Positions 17,408-25,721 of a stretch of DNA of 64,000 nt are shown one piece after another. Where the stretch lies: the NCBI GenBank assembly GCA_043740835.1, contig JAYUBK010000015.1, forward strand, positions 44,679 through 108,678. Reading direction: 5' to 3'. Under the pieces are notes generated by a model. It saw only the letters and a list, made by a program, of their open reading frames with translations, had not been told where the DNA came from and ran no database searches. Within the stretch, counting starts at the first letter, position 1; each line of letters starts with the position of its first letter. The translations under genes and the position numbers were made by a program. Source of the DNA: Chloroflexota bacterium. Lineage in GTDB: Bacteria; Chloroflexota; Dormibacteria; Dormibacterales; Dormibacteraceae.

Positions 17408-18757
17408 GTGACCACCGGTATCGTCCTCCTGACTCGGGACCTCCGCCGTATCGACAACCCTGCCCTCGCCGCGGCGGCACGAGATCTGGACGAGGTGTTG
17501 CCTCTATTCGTTTTCGACCCCCGGCTGCTGGCCGGCGGGCATGCCTCAGCGAACCGCCTCACCTTCCTGCTCGAATCGCTCGAGGACCTCGACCGCGGGC
17601 TGGGTGGCGGGCTGGTGACACGGTACGGGGACCCAGTCGAGACGGCGCTTCGGGTCGCCGCCGAGGCAGGCGCGACTGTCATCGACATCACTGGGGACGT
17701 CAGCGGCTACGCCCGCAGGCGGGAGGACCGGCTCCTCCGGGAGGCCGCCGGGGTCGGCATCGAGGTCCGTATCCACCCGGGTGCCGCTGTAGTCGAGGCG
17801 GGCGGGGTGCGGCCCGGAGGCCCGGACCATTTCAAGGACCATTTCGCCGTGTTCACGCCCTACCATCGGCGCTGGCTGGCGGCCCCCTGGCGCCCGGCCT
17901 TACCTCTGCCGGCCCGGCTTCGGCTCACCAGGGGCATTCGCTCCGACCCCCGTCCGGTGCGGCCGCCGATTGTCTCGCCAAACCTGCCCCGAGGCGGAGA
18001 GACGGCCGGCCGGAGCCGGCTCGACGGCTGGCTGGCCGATGGGGTGACGCACTACGCCGCACTCGCCGACGACCTCGCAGCCGATGCCACGTCGCGTCTG
18101 AGCCCCTACCTCCATCTCGGTTGCGTATCACCACTGGAGGTGGCACGCCGCTCTCTCGCCGCCGGTGGCCCCGGAGCCGAGGCTTTCGTTCGCCAGCTGT
18201 GCTGGCGCGACTTCCACCACCAGGTGCTGGCCGCCCGACCCGACCTACCCACAGCCGACTACCGCCCGCGCGGCGACCGCTGGCGGAACGATCCCGCCGC
18301 CTTCGACCGCTGGCAGGAGGGCCGGACCGGAGTTCCCATCGTCGACGCCGCCATGCACCAGCTCAAAAGCGAGGGTTGGATCGCCAACCGGGCCCGATTG
18401 GTGGCCGCGTCCTACCTGGTCAAGGATCTTTACATCGACTGGCGGCTTGGCGCCGCTCATTTCCAGGAGTGGCTTGTCGACGGCGACCTCGCAAGCAACT
18501 CCGGTAACTGGCAGTGGGTGGCCGGCACCGGAAACGACAGCCGGCCCAACCGGATTCTCAACCCTGCCCGGCAGGCGCTCCGCTTCGACCCCCGTGGCGA
18601 GTACGTCCGCCGTCACCTGCCCGACCGCGGAAGCGAGCACTACCCACCGCCGCTCGTCGATCACGCTGCGGCCTCCGCACGCTTCCGCAGCGCCCGTCGC
18701 TCCGCCGGCGAGCCGGGAGCGAAAGAGGCTAGCGAGAGGCCGCCAGGGCGGCCCTGA
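17408..18757 (+). CDS. phr: deoxyribodipyrimidine photolyase / cryptochrome family protein
   Basis: IVLLTRDLRRIDNPAL.., ..SRLSPYLHLGCVSP.., ..CWRDFH.. and ..GWIANRARLVAASYL....WQWVAGTG... GTG at 17408 lies just after the ccdA stop. Confidence 0.9.
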   Translation: MTTGIVLLTRDLRRIDNPALAAAARDLDEVLPLFVFDPRLLAGGHASANRLTFLLESLEDLDRGLGGGLVTRYGDPVETALRVAAEAGATVIDITGDVSGYARRREDRLLREAAGVGIEVRIHPGAAVVEAGGVRPGGPDHFKDHFAVFTPYHRRWLAAPWRPALPLPARLRLTRGIRSDPRPVRPPIVSPNLPRGGETAGRSRLDGWLADGVTHYAALADDLAADATSRLSPYLHLGCVSPLEVARRSLAAGGPGAEAFVRQLCWRDFHHQVLAARPDLPTADYRPRGDRWRNDPAAFDRWQEGRTGVPIVDAAMHQLKSEGWIANRARLVAASYLVKDLYIDWRLGAAHFQEWLVDGDLASNSGNWQWVAGTGNDSRPNRILNPARQALRFDPRGEYVRRHLPDRGSEHYPPPLVDHAAASARFRSARRSAGEPGAKEASERPPGRP

Positions 18758-19658
18758 CCGTCTCCCGGAACCCAGCCGGGCGGATGCCCAACTCGGCTGC
18801 CAAGAGCGGGCGATCGGCGATCAAATCGTGTCGGAGGCTGGCGACGAGCGAACGGGCGACGTTCATGTCCACCCGGGTGACGAGCCTCAGCCAGTGCGCC
18901 GAAAGCTCCGGCGACAGGAGCGGCACCGGGAACATCAGCGGCCGCCTGCCCTTCAACTCGCTGCCCGTGATCTCGAGCATCTCGCGATAGCTGAGGATGT
19001 CGGGCCCGACGATGTCCACCTCGCGACCCGCCGGCACCGAACCGGCGCGCGCAAGCGCTTCGACGGTGTCGTCAATCCCGATCGGCTGGCAGAGGCTTGC
19101 CAGCCACCGAGGCGCCAGCATCAGGGGAAGCCGCTGGCATAGCCCTCGCAGGATTTCAAAGGACGTTCCCCCGGCCCCCACGACGACCCCGGCCCGCACG
19201 GCCAGCGCTCCGCATCCCTCGATCAGAAGGCGGCCGACCTGGCGGCGACTCTGAAGGTGCTCGGACAGCTCACCCGCCGGATATAGGCCTCCCAGGTAGA
19301 CAACTCTGTCAACGCGTCGGCGGCCGGCCGCCGCCATGAAGTTCTCGGCCGCCGCCCGCTCCCGGTCGGCGAAGTCAGCGCCGCCGGCCATCCCATGGAC
19401 CAGGTAGTAGGCGATGTCAACGCCGTCGAGGGCGGCATCCAGGCCGTCGCCCGTCTCGAGATCGCAGCGCAGATGGGTCGCACCCGCGATCTCGGTACCG
19501 GTGACATGGGTGCCCCCCGCATGGCGCGACCCTAGCCTCACCTCTGCCCCGGCAGCCACCAGCCTCGGCCACAGACGGCTGCCGACGAAGCCGGTGCCAC
19601 CGAGCACGGCCACCCGCGCGCTTTGCAACTCGGTGGCTTTGACTTGGCTGTCCTGCAT
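18729..19658 (-). CDS. NAD(P)-binding NmrA/SDR-like protein
   Basis: VAVLGGTGFVGSRLWPRLVAAG Rossmann motif. Start taken at MQDSQVK (19658); the longer track ORF adds an Arg-rich leader. Confidence 0.8.
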   Translation of the reverse strand: MQDSQVKATELQSARVAVLGGTGFVGSRLWPRLVAAGAEVRLGSRHAGGTHVTGTEIAGATHLRCDLETGDGLDAALDGVDIAYYLVHGMAGGADFADRERAAAENFMAAAGRRRVDRVVYLGGLYPAGELSEHLQSRRQVGRLLIEGCGALAVRAGVVVGAGGTSFEILRGLCQRLPLMLAPRWLASLCQPIGIDDTVEALARAGSVPAGREVDIVGPDILSYREMLEITGSELKGRRPLMFPVPLLSPELSAHWLRLVTRVDMNVARSLVASLRHDLIADRPLLAAELGIRPAGFRETVRAALAASR

Positions 19659-19710
19659 CCAAACCAGTTTGCGCCGGTATCGACGTGGGCGCTTCTGATC
19701 TCGTGAAGTT

Positions 19711-19746
19711 TGGAGGGTACGAGCCGAATCTAAACGGCGAGGGAGG
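19711..19746 (-). other. degenerate copy of the 3' half of tRNA-Cys (possible relic att repeat)
   Basis: 24 of 36 positions are identical, ungapped and in the same orientation, to 22542..22577 (3' acceptor/T-arm of tRNA-Cys). Counted by eye. Confidence 0.35.
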
Positions 19747-19878
19747 CCCGGAAGAACGCGGTCCAAGGCTCGAATATGGACGCTTGTTCGGACCGGGGAA
19801 GTCGGGGCGCCCCCATATTTTCTCCGTTGCATCGCAGCGAAGCCGCAAGTGCGGGGCCTCCTTTGCGTTTACCGGGTG

Positions 19879-19931
19879 GGGCGGCCCACCAACCTTCTCC
19901 CTCCCAAGGGCTCTTTCGGGCGGGCCGCCTC
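19879..19931. repeat. 53-nt GC-rich hairpin repeat, copy 1
   Basis: GGCGGCCCACCAACCTTCTCCCTCCCAAGGGCTCTTTCGGGCGGGCCGCCTCA, 100 percent identical to 20468..20520. The outer arms GGCGGCCC/GGGCCGCC pair. Confidence 0.9.
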
Positions 19932-19958
19932 ATTCCGGCCATTGCCGACGTGGCGAGG

Positions 19959-20096
19959 CTAGAGGCGGTGGGAGTCCCCCACGTCACAGGAATACGGAGC
20001 CTGGCCTGCCAGGAGCCATTCGATGCCCTGCGACGCGCCGCGAGACAGAGTGGATTTCACCCGATGAAGGCGCCGTCGCAGCCAGCCGTGGCTCAT
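19959..20096 (-). CDS. mini-ORF (45 aa), copy 1 of a 3-copy module, weak excisionase/AlpA-type HTH resemblance
   Basis: AGGAGG-TTCG-ATG ribosome-binding site. Sequence MSHGWLRRRLHRVKSTLSRGASQGIEWLLAGQAPYSCDVGDSHRL. The ATG overlaps the upstream stop (ATGA). Confidence 0.35.
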   Translation of the reverse strand: MSHGWLRRRLHRVKSTLSRGASQGIEWLLAGQAPYSCDVGDSHRL

Positions 20097-20344
20097 CGAA
20101 CCTCCTGTTGCTGCGATCGACTGCCAGGACCACGGCGAGGTGGAAGCAGGGAGCCGTCGCACTTCACTCGCCGAGCGACTTGGAGCCCAGGATGAGCTCT
20201 ATTTCTTTCCGGCTCCGCGGAGGTTGCCCCCTCTAGCAAACGCTCCAATTCCGCTCGAGTGTGCACGACCATCGAGTGGGGGATCAGCAGGGGTTCCATC
20301 GTCGAATTGGTGCTAGCCATCGCGGCCTCATGCCCAAAGTTCAT
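20093..20344 (-). CDS. hypothetical small ORF (83 aa) coupled to the mini-ORF
   Basis: Open frame ending in ATGA with the 45-aa ORF. No recognisable domain and weak codon bias. Confidence 0.25.
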   Translation of the reverse strand: MNFGHEAAMASTNSTMEPLLIPHSMVVHTRAELERLLEGATSAEPERNRAHPGLQVARRVKCDGSLLPPRRGPGSRSQQQEVR

Positions 20345-20467
20345 TTGTCAGGAGAGACGCGCGCCCGACTCCGAGTATCCAAATTTTTTTCGGCCTGTCC
20401 GAAAATGCCTGCGGGAAGTCGGATTGGAGGTAGGTCCAGCACAGCGCACGTACTTTAGGGTGGTGTG

Positions 20468-20520
20468 GGCGGCCCACCAACCTTCTCCCTCCCAAGGGCT
20501 CTTTCGGGCGGGCCGCCTCA
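20468..20520. repeat. 53-nt GC-rich hairpin repeat, copy 2
   Basis: Identical to 19879..19931 and 589 bp from it. Like copy 1, it lies 23-27 nt downstream (minus-strand sense) of the stop codon of a mini-ORF module. Confidence 0.9.
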
Positions 20521-20543
20521 CTTCGCAAAACGCTCGGGCAGAT

Positions 20544-20669
20544 CTAGAGGCGGTGAGGGTCGGCCCAGTCCGAGCCATGGGGCGCCTGACCGGCGAGGAG
20601 CCATCCGATGCCCTGTGACGCACCGCGAGAGATCGACGCTGTCAGCCCTTGAATTCGCCTGCGAAGCCA
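20544..20669 (-). other. mini-ORF module, copy 2 (no nearby start codon; embedded in a dubious 157-aa ORF)
   Basis: WLRRRIQGLTASISRGASQGIGWLLAGQAPHGSDWADPHRL followed by a stop at the position equivalent to copy 1. Confidence 0.3.
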
Positions 20670-20946
20670 TCTGGGACTAATCGGACCCTGGACGCCTGAC
20701 GGATGTTCGCTCGAATTCTCCACGATCGGATCAACGACCACGTGGGTGGAATCGGTCGGTGGCGTGGGTCCAATTACCGCCTTCACCCAAGTCCTCCGCC
20801 TCGGCGCGTGCCCAAAGTCCGCGGCAACACTTGCGACGACGATGCGGATCAATCGCTTGCTTCGGCCTGGGCCGGGACATTCGCCCAGGACCGGCGGGAC
20901 ATGCCCATGTCCACGCCCGGCCGCTTCGGGTGCAATGGGCTGCCAA

Positions 20947-21098
20947 TGGGAAACGAGAGACTCGGCTCGCCCTGGCTCAGCCGGCGCCTTCGGGGCCTGA
21001 CTACCTCGATGGCTCACATGGCCAGGCGGGGCATCGAATTACTCCTCGCAGGACAGACGCCCTATGTCGTGGATCTGGGCGACCCTCGCCGGCTGTAG
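20947..21098 (+). CDS. mini-ORF (50 aa), copy 3 of the module, opposite strand
   Basis: MGNERLGSPWLSRRLRGLTTSMAHMARRGIELLLAGQTPYVVDLGDPRRL followed by a stop. Nucleotide similarity to copies 1 and 2 is confined to the module. Confidence 0.3.
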
Positions 21099-21201
21099 AG
21101 CCGCCCGACCGCAATCGGGGCCACCCTTCTGCAATGCCAAGTTCAGCATGTTCGTGATACTCATTCCGGACCACGGCCCCGGAAACGGCTGAAGCCGGGA
21201 G

Positions 21202-22272
21202 CTAGTAGCAGCCGCCGGCGATGGCGAAGATTTCAGGGCCCTGCGGCCACTGCGTGATGGCACCCTCAGGGCCGAGAAGGGCCAGTCCCGGGAAGGAGTT
21301 GCGGCCGACTATCCAGATACCTCTGCTCAACAGAAGGCCGCGTAGCTGACGACCGAGTTGGTAAGGATCGCCATTGTCAAACATGGGCCATCCAGCAGAC
21401 CACTCGTTCGGAAGCGTGATCTCGCGCAAGGTACTCGGCGCTTCGAGAGTCGCCATGTGCCAGGGATAGAGATGTTCCCAGTCCCTCTCCAGGACGAGAG
21501 GTCTCCCATCGGCGTCGAGAGCGATCAATTCAAGTGACCGATCACCGGCTTGCGGTGTCCGATGATGGGAAACGGTGAGCTGCGTTGTGAGTGTCCCGGT
21601 TTCGAGATCGAGCCTTCGAAGGAGCAGCGTTCCATCACCCTCAGCGACTCCCCACGCTGCTCGTGAATCGACATGAGACCAGGACTGTGTTGCATCCAGC
21701 TTGCGGACCTGACCCGAATCGGGATTCATCACCCAAAGCCCGGGATCGGCGTAGTCGAGGGCTGCCATCAGCGTCAGGTAAATGCCGCTGGTCGTGTAGT
21801 CGATCACGATCCACTGCCCATGGGCCCAGGGCACGCTCACCCCTCGAGTGGCACCGTTAGCGACCTCGACGATATTGAAACCGTTGAGCTCGCGTAGCAC
21901 GACGTAGCGACGTCCGTCGGGGGAAATGTGGTTCCAGTCGGCTGGAATCCACCGGTTGAAGGCCCGGTCGTAGCTGATCCTCTCGCTGCTGAGGGTGCGG
22001 TCGATGTTGCTGGTTCGATCCGACTGGAACGTTCCGCCCGGTAAGGTGATCCACCCGCCCGGCGGATCCCCAGAGCGAACGGCGCTCATCACCGGGACAC
22101 GGCATGCAAGAGCCGAACGCGTTGGCGCGGTAGGTTGCGCATTCGGAGACGAAGCGGCGGGAGCCGTCGGACGAACACCGACGGGCGGCGCGGGTACGGC
22201 AGGGATCTGGCTGGAGGTCTGCGCGGAGCATGCCATCGCCAGGATGCCCGCGAACGCAGGCCACCTCCTCAT
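21202..22272 (-). CDS. hypothetical lipoprotein (beta-propeller-like, 356 aa)
   Basis: Signal/lipobox FAGILAMAC, a Pro/Ala-rich linker, then a W/G/D-rich repetitive beta-type sequence. No family recognised. Confidence 0.7.
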   Translation of the reverse strand: MRRWPAFAGILAMACSAQTSSQIPAVPAPPVGVRPTAPAASSPNAQPTAPTRSALACRVPVMSAVRSGDPPGGWITLPGGTFQSDRTSNIDRTLSSERISYDRAFNRWIPADWNHISPDGRRYVVLRELNGFNIVEVANGATRGVSVPWAHGQWIVIDYTTSGIYLTLMAALDYADPGLWVMNPDSGQVRKLDATQSWSHVDSRAAWGVAEGDGTLLLRRLDLETGTLTTQLTVSHHRTPQAGDRSLELIALDADGRPLVLERDWEHLYPWHMATLEAPSTLREITLPNEWSAGWPMFDNGDPYQLGRQLRGLLLSRGIWIVGRNSFPGLALLGPEGAITQWPQGPEIFAIAGGCY

Positions 22273-22541
22273 TGCCCTATTGCAAACGCAGCCAATTCGC
22301 CACGGGTTACGCTCCCGGCGTCACTCTCCGAACCGGCCCGCGGTCACCATCGGCCGAGAGCCGTGGCCGTCGCAGGCGAAGCACTCCTCGAAGACGCTTC
22401 AGCACCACGTGAGCGTAGGGACCCTAGCGTACTACCTGCGCCATCGTGAGCGGAGTCGAGGCGTTAGGCAGCAATGCGACAGCAGGCTGCCCAGTTGGCC
22501 TGCGGAGAGCCCGGGACTGGCCAACCCGCATTCGGAGACGG

Positions 22542-22615
22542 TGGAGGCGACGCCGAGAATCGAACTCGGGATGGAGGTTTTGCAGACCTCTGCCTTGCCA
22601 CTTGGCTACGTCGCC
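22542..22615 (-). tRNA. tRNA-Cys (anticodon GCA), CCA encoded
   Basis: Reverse complement reads GGCGACG-TAGCCAAGTGGCAAGGCA-GAGGT-CTGCAAA-ACCTC-CAT-CCGAGTTCGATTCTCGG-CGTCGCC-T-CCA. Confidence 0.9.
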
Positions 22616-22752
22616 GCCTCACGAGAACCGTGCCCGGTTATTTTAGGGAGCCGAGTTCCGCAGCCGATGAGTAGCAGGCCTCGGTTCGGCCCCTTCCTAT
22701 AATTCGGGAGTCCCGGCAACATCCCGAACCAATTCCGCAGGAGGACTCCCCG

Positions 22753-24057
22753 ATGGGCGAAAGTCCGATCAAGATGCCCCAACTCGGCGAGTCCGTTACC
22801 GAGGGCACTGTTGACCGCTGGCTGAAAAAAGTCGGCGACTTTGTCAAGAAGGATGAGCCTCTGGTCGAGGTCGTCACCGACAAGGTGAATGCCGAGATTC
22901 CATCCCCCTTCGAAGGCACGCTGATCCGGATCGCCGTCGAGGAGGGCACGACGATCGCCATCGGCACCGAGATCGCGGTGATCCAGGTCGAAGGCCCCGG
23001 GACTGCTCCCGCGGCATCCGTCGAGGCCGCCCCCGCCGCTGACTCCCCCGCTCCTCCGGCAGCCCCCATCCCCGCTCTTCCAGCAGCCGCCGTGGCGGCT
23101 GTGGCGCCGACCGCCGCAGGTAGGTTCAGCCCCGCCGTGCGCCGACTCGCGGAAGAGAACGGAACCGATCCCTCGACGATCGCGGGGTCGGGCGAGGGCG
23201 GTCGCGTAACTCGCGACGACGTGCTCGCCCACCTCGAGAAGGTGAAGTCCGGCGCCGTCCCGGTCCCCACCACGCCGGCATCCGCGCCCGTCGAACCCGC
23301 AGAGCCGGCTCCGGCCGCGCAGGCCCCGGCGCCGCGCCCGGCACCGGTCGCCGGCGACCGCGAGGAGCTCGTCCGCATCAGCGCCGTGCGGCGCTCGATC
23401 GCCGAGCACATGGTTCGCAGCCTCGCCACCTCGCCCCACGTCTGGACCATGGTCGAAGTCGACATGACGAGCCTCGTCAAGTTCCGCGAGTCGGAAAAAG
23501 AGACCTTCCGGCAGCGCAACGGCGTCACCCTTACCTACCTGCCTTTTGTGACCCAGGTCGTCTGCGAGGCGCTGCACGAATTCCCATTCCTCAACTCGAC
23601 CTGGACGGATGACGGGATCATCCTCAAGAAGTACGTGAACATGGGCTTCGCGGTGGCCGTGCCGCCGGACGGCCTCATGGTCCCGGTTGTGCACGACGCC
23701 GATCGCCTCGGATTCACGGACCTCACGCGCGCCATCAACGACGTTGTCACCCGGACGCGAGACAAGAAGCTCAAGACCGAGGACGTGCACGGCGGCACCT
23801 TCACCCTGAACAACACCGGCGCCACCGGCTCCGTCGCCTCCATGCCCATCATCAACCAGCCACAGGCAGCCATTCTCACGACAGAATCGATCACGAGACG
23901 GCCGGTTGTAATCGGAGACGGGATCGCGGTGCGGAGCATGATGAACATGTGCATGAGCTTCGACCACCGGATCCTCGACGGCCAGGTGGCCGGCCAGTTC
24001 GTCAACTGGATCAAGAACCGGCTCGAGAAATGGACCCCCGCGGACATCAGGCTATGA
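22753..24057 (+). CDS. 2-oxoacid dehydrogenase E2 component (dihydrolipoyl acyltransferase)
   Basis: Lipoyl domain (..LVEVVTDKVNAEIPSP..), an Ala/Pro linker, the subunit-binding domain (SPAVRRLAEENG), and the catalytic ..MCMSFDHRILDG.. Confidence 0.95.
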   Translation: MGESPIKMPQLGESVTEGTVDRWLKKVGDFVKKDEPLVEVVTDKVNAEIPSPFEGTLIRIAVEEGTTIAIGTEIAVIQVEGPGTAPAASVEAAPAADSPAPPAAPIPALPAAAVAAVAPTAAGRFSPAVRRLAEENGTDPSTIAGSGEGGRVTRDDVLAHLEKVKSGAVPVPTTPASAPVEPAEPAPAAQAPAPRPAPVAGDREELVRISAVRRSIAEHMVRSLATSPHVWTMVEVDMTSLVKFRESEKETFRQRNGVTLTYLPFVTQVVCEALHEFPFLNSTWTDDGIILKKYVNMGFAVAVPPDGLMVPVVHDADRLGFTDLTRAINDVVTRTRDKKLKTEDVHGGTFTLNNTGATGSVASMPIINQPQAAILTTESITRRPVVIGDGIAVRSMMNMCMSFDHRILDGQVAGQFVNWIKNRLEKWTPADIRL

Positions 24058-24956
24058 CCGCGATGCCACCACCGATAATGCCGGGCAAGCGTCTGCCCGA
24101 ATGGATCAAGGTCCGGATCTCCGAAGGCGAGAACTACAGGGAGCTCCGCCAACTGGTCCAGGACCAGGGCCTGCACACCGTGTGCCAGGAAGCGCAGTGC
24201 CCCAATATCTACGACTGCTGGAATCGGCGCACGGCCACATTCATGATCCTCGGTGCGGTCTGCACCCGGGCCTGCCGGTTCTGCGCTGTCACGTCGGGCC
24301 GGCCCACGGAATTCGACGTCACCGAGCCGATGCGCGTGGCCGAGTCGGTGGCGAAGCTCGGCCTCCGGCACGCCGTGGTCACCTCGGTAGACCGCGACGA
24401 CCTCCGCGACGGTGGCGCCGAGATCTTCGCCCGAACCATCAGAGCCATCCGGAGGCGCAGCCCCGGAACGACGGTCGAAGTACTCACGCCCGACTTCCAG
24501 GGCAACCGGGAGGCGGTCCGCGCGGTCGTGGAAGCCGGGCCCGACATTTTCAACCACAACACCGAGACGGTCCCTCGACTCTACGGGGCGATCCGGCCCA
24601 AGGCCGTTTATGCGAACAGCCTCGGGATCCTCCGCTTCGTCAAGGAATTGCGGCCGGAGATGGTGACCAAATCCGGCGTCATGGTCGGTCTCGGCGAGGA
24701 GAAGGATGAATTGCTGCAGGTCTTCCGGGACATGCGCGAGCATTCCATCGACGTCGTCACCGTCGGCCAGTACCTGCGGCCCTCCGCCAGGCACGCGGAG
24801 GTGGCCCGCTACTACCGGCCCGAGGAGTTCGTCGATCTGAAGCGCGAAGCCAGGGCGATGGGATTCAGGCACGTCGAGTCGGGAGCGATGGTCCGATCGT
24901 CATACCACGCCGATGAGCAGATTCCGGGCAGCAGTCAGAAGCTTCTGGCTGGGTAG
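24054..24956 (+). CDS. lipA: lipoyl synthase
   Basis: CQEAQCPNIYDCW and radical-SAM CTRACRFCAV motifs. The ATG overlaps the E2 TGA (ATGA). Confidence 0.95.
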   Translation: MTAMPPPIMPGKRLPEWIKVRISEGENYRELRQLVQDQGLHTVCQEAQCPNIYDCWNRRTATFMILGAVCTRACRFCAVTSGRPTEFDVTEPMRVAESVAKLGLRHAVVTSVDRDDLRDGGAEIFARTIRAIRRRSPGTTVEVLTPDFQGNREAVRAVVEAGPDIFNHNTETVPRLYGAIRPKAVYANSLGILRFVKELRPEMVTKSGVMVGLGEEKDELLQVFRDMREHSIDVVTVGQYLRPSARHAEVARYYRPEEFVDLKREARAMGFRHVESGAMVRSSYHADEQIPGSSQKLLAG

Positions 24957-25599
24957 CGTCCCCTACCGGGAAGCCTGGGACCTGCAGAAGTCCCTGGCCG
25001 AGGAGGTGCGCGCGGGCGGGCCGGACACGCTGCTACTACTCGAGCACCCGCACGTATTCACCATGGGTACGCGGGGCATGGAGGAGAACGTCCTCTGGGA
25101 CGCGGCCGAGCGCCGGCGTCGCGAAATCGAGATCGTCTGGGCCGACCGCGGCGGCGACGTCACCTACCACGGCCCCGGGCAGCTCACGGGCTACCCCATC
25201 CTCGACCTCGGACGCCACGGCGGCGACCTGCTTGTCTACCTGCGCAGCCTCGAGACCTCCCTGATCTCCTACCTGTGCGAGCTCGACATCGAGTCGGCCT
25301 CGGTGCCGGGCCTGACGGGTGTCTGGCACGGCACCGAGAAGGTAGCGGCGATCGGCGTCAAGAAGAGCGGCCCTGTAGTGAGCCACGGGTTCGCTCTGAA
25401 CCTCACCACCGACCTCGACTACTTCGGCGGCATCGTCCCTTGCGGGCTCGATGACAAGACGGCGACGTCTGTCGAGCGGCTGACAGGTCGGCGGGTCGGC
25501 GTCGAGGAAGCGGCGCGTTCGTACGGCAGACACTTCGAGAATGCTCTGCGTGTTCGTCTCGACTGGATGTCAGGGCTGCCACAACGGGTCGGAGGGTGA
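24913..25599 (+). CDS. lipB: octanoyltransferase
   Basis: ..LLLLEHPHVFTMGTRG.., ..RGGDVTYHGPGQL.. and ..KVAAIGVK... Confidence 0.9.
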   Translation: MSRFRAAVRSFWLGSVPYREAWDLQKSLAEEVRAGGPDTLLLLEHPHVFTMGTRGMEENVLWDAAERRRREIEIVWADRGGDVTYHGPGQLTGYPILDLGRHGGDLLVYLRSLETSLISYLCELDIESASVPGLTGVWHGTEKVAAIGVKKSGPVVSHGFALNLTTDLDYFGGIVPCGLDDKTATSVERLTGRRVGVEEAARSYGRHFENALRVRLDWMSGLPQRVGG

Positions 25600-25721
25600 G
25601 GACCGCACTCACTCCGAGGCGCTTGGGACCCCCCAACCAACCTGTTAAACTCCGAGCTTCCGATCGCTCCCACCATATGTCTCCCGCGTGCATCGGGGGA
25701 CCTCCAATCAAAGAGGTCTAC

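Noticed and set aside
18165-19142. 325-aa plus-strand ORF, and other frames overlapping the photolyase/NmrA genes
   Set aside because: Pro/Arg/Thr-rich translation. It overlaps the 3' end of the photolyase and lies antisense to the NmrA-like gene.
19879-20520. Integron gene cassettes with attC sites
   Set aside because: The layout is superficially similar: small ORFs each followed by an identical hairpin about 590 bp apart. However, the hairpin lacks recognisable RYYYAAC/GTTRRRY core sites, its stem is short with a large loop, and no intI gene is present. It is left as a test to run, not a call.
20544-21098. 157-aa minus-strand ORF (20544..21017) and 131-aa plus-strand ORF (20703..21098) as full-length genes
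   Set aside because: They overlap each other on opposite strands. Outside the terminal roughly 42-codon conserved module they have atypical composition and no similarity to the other copies. Only the modules are reported.
22273-22541. Possible housekeeping ncRNA (tmRNA, SRP RNA, RNase P RNA) in the 270-nt gap between the lipoprotein gene and tRNA-Cys
   Set aside because: It contains a few short hairpins, but none of the conserved motifs I know for these RNAs: no tRNA-like 3' end, no GGAA/AGCA SRP loop context, and no RNase P GAGGAAAGUCC box.
22606-24872. 453-aa and 445-aa minus-strand ORFs (22606..23967, 23535..24872)
   Set aside because: Antisense to the E2 acyltransferase and lipA genes, which have clear signatures. 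Shadow ORFs.
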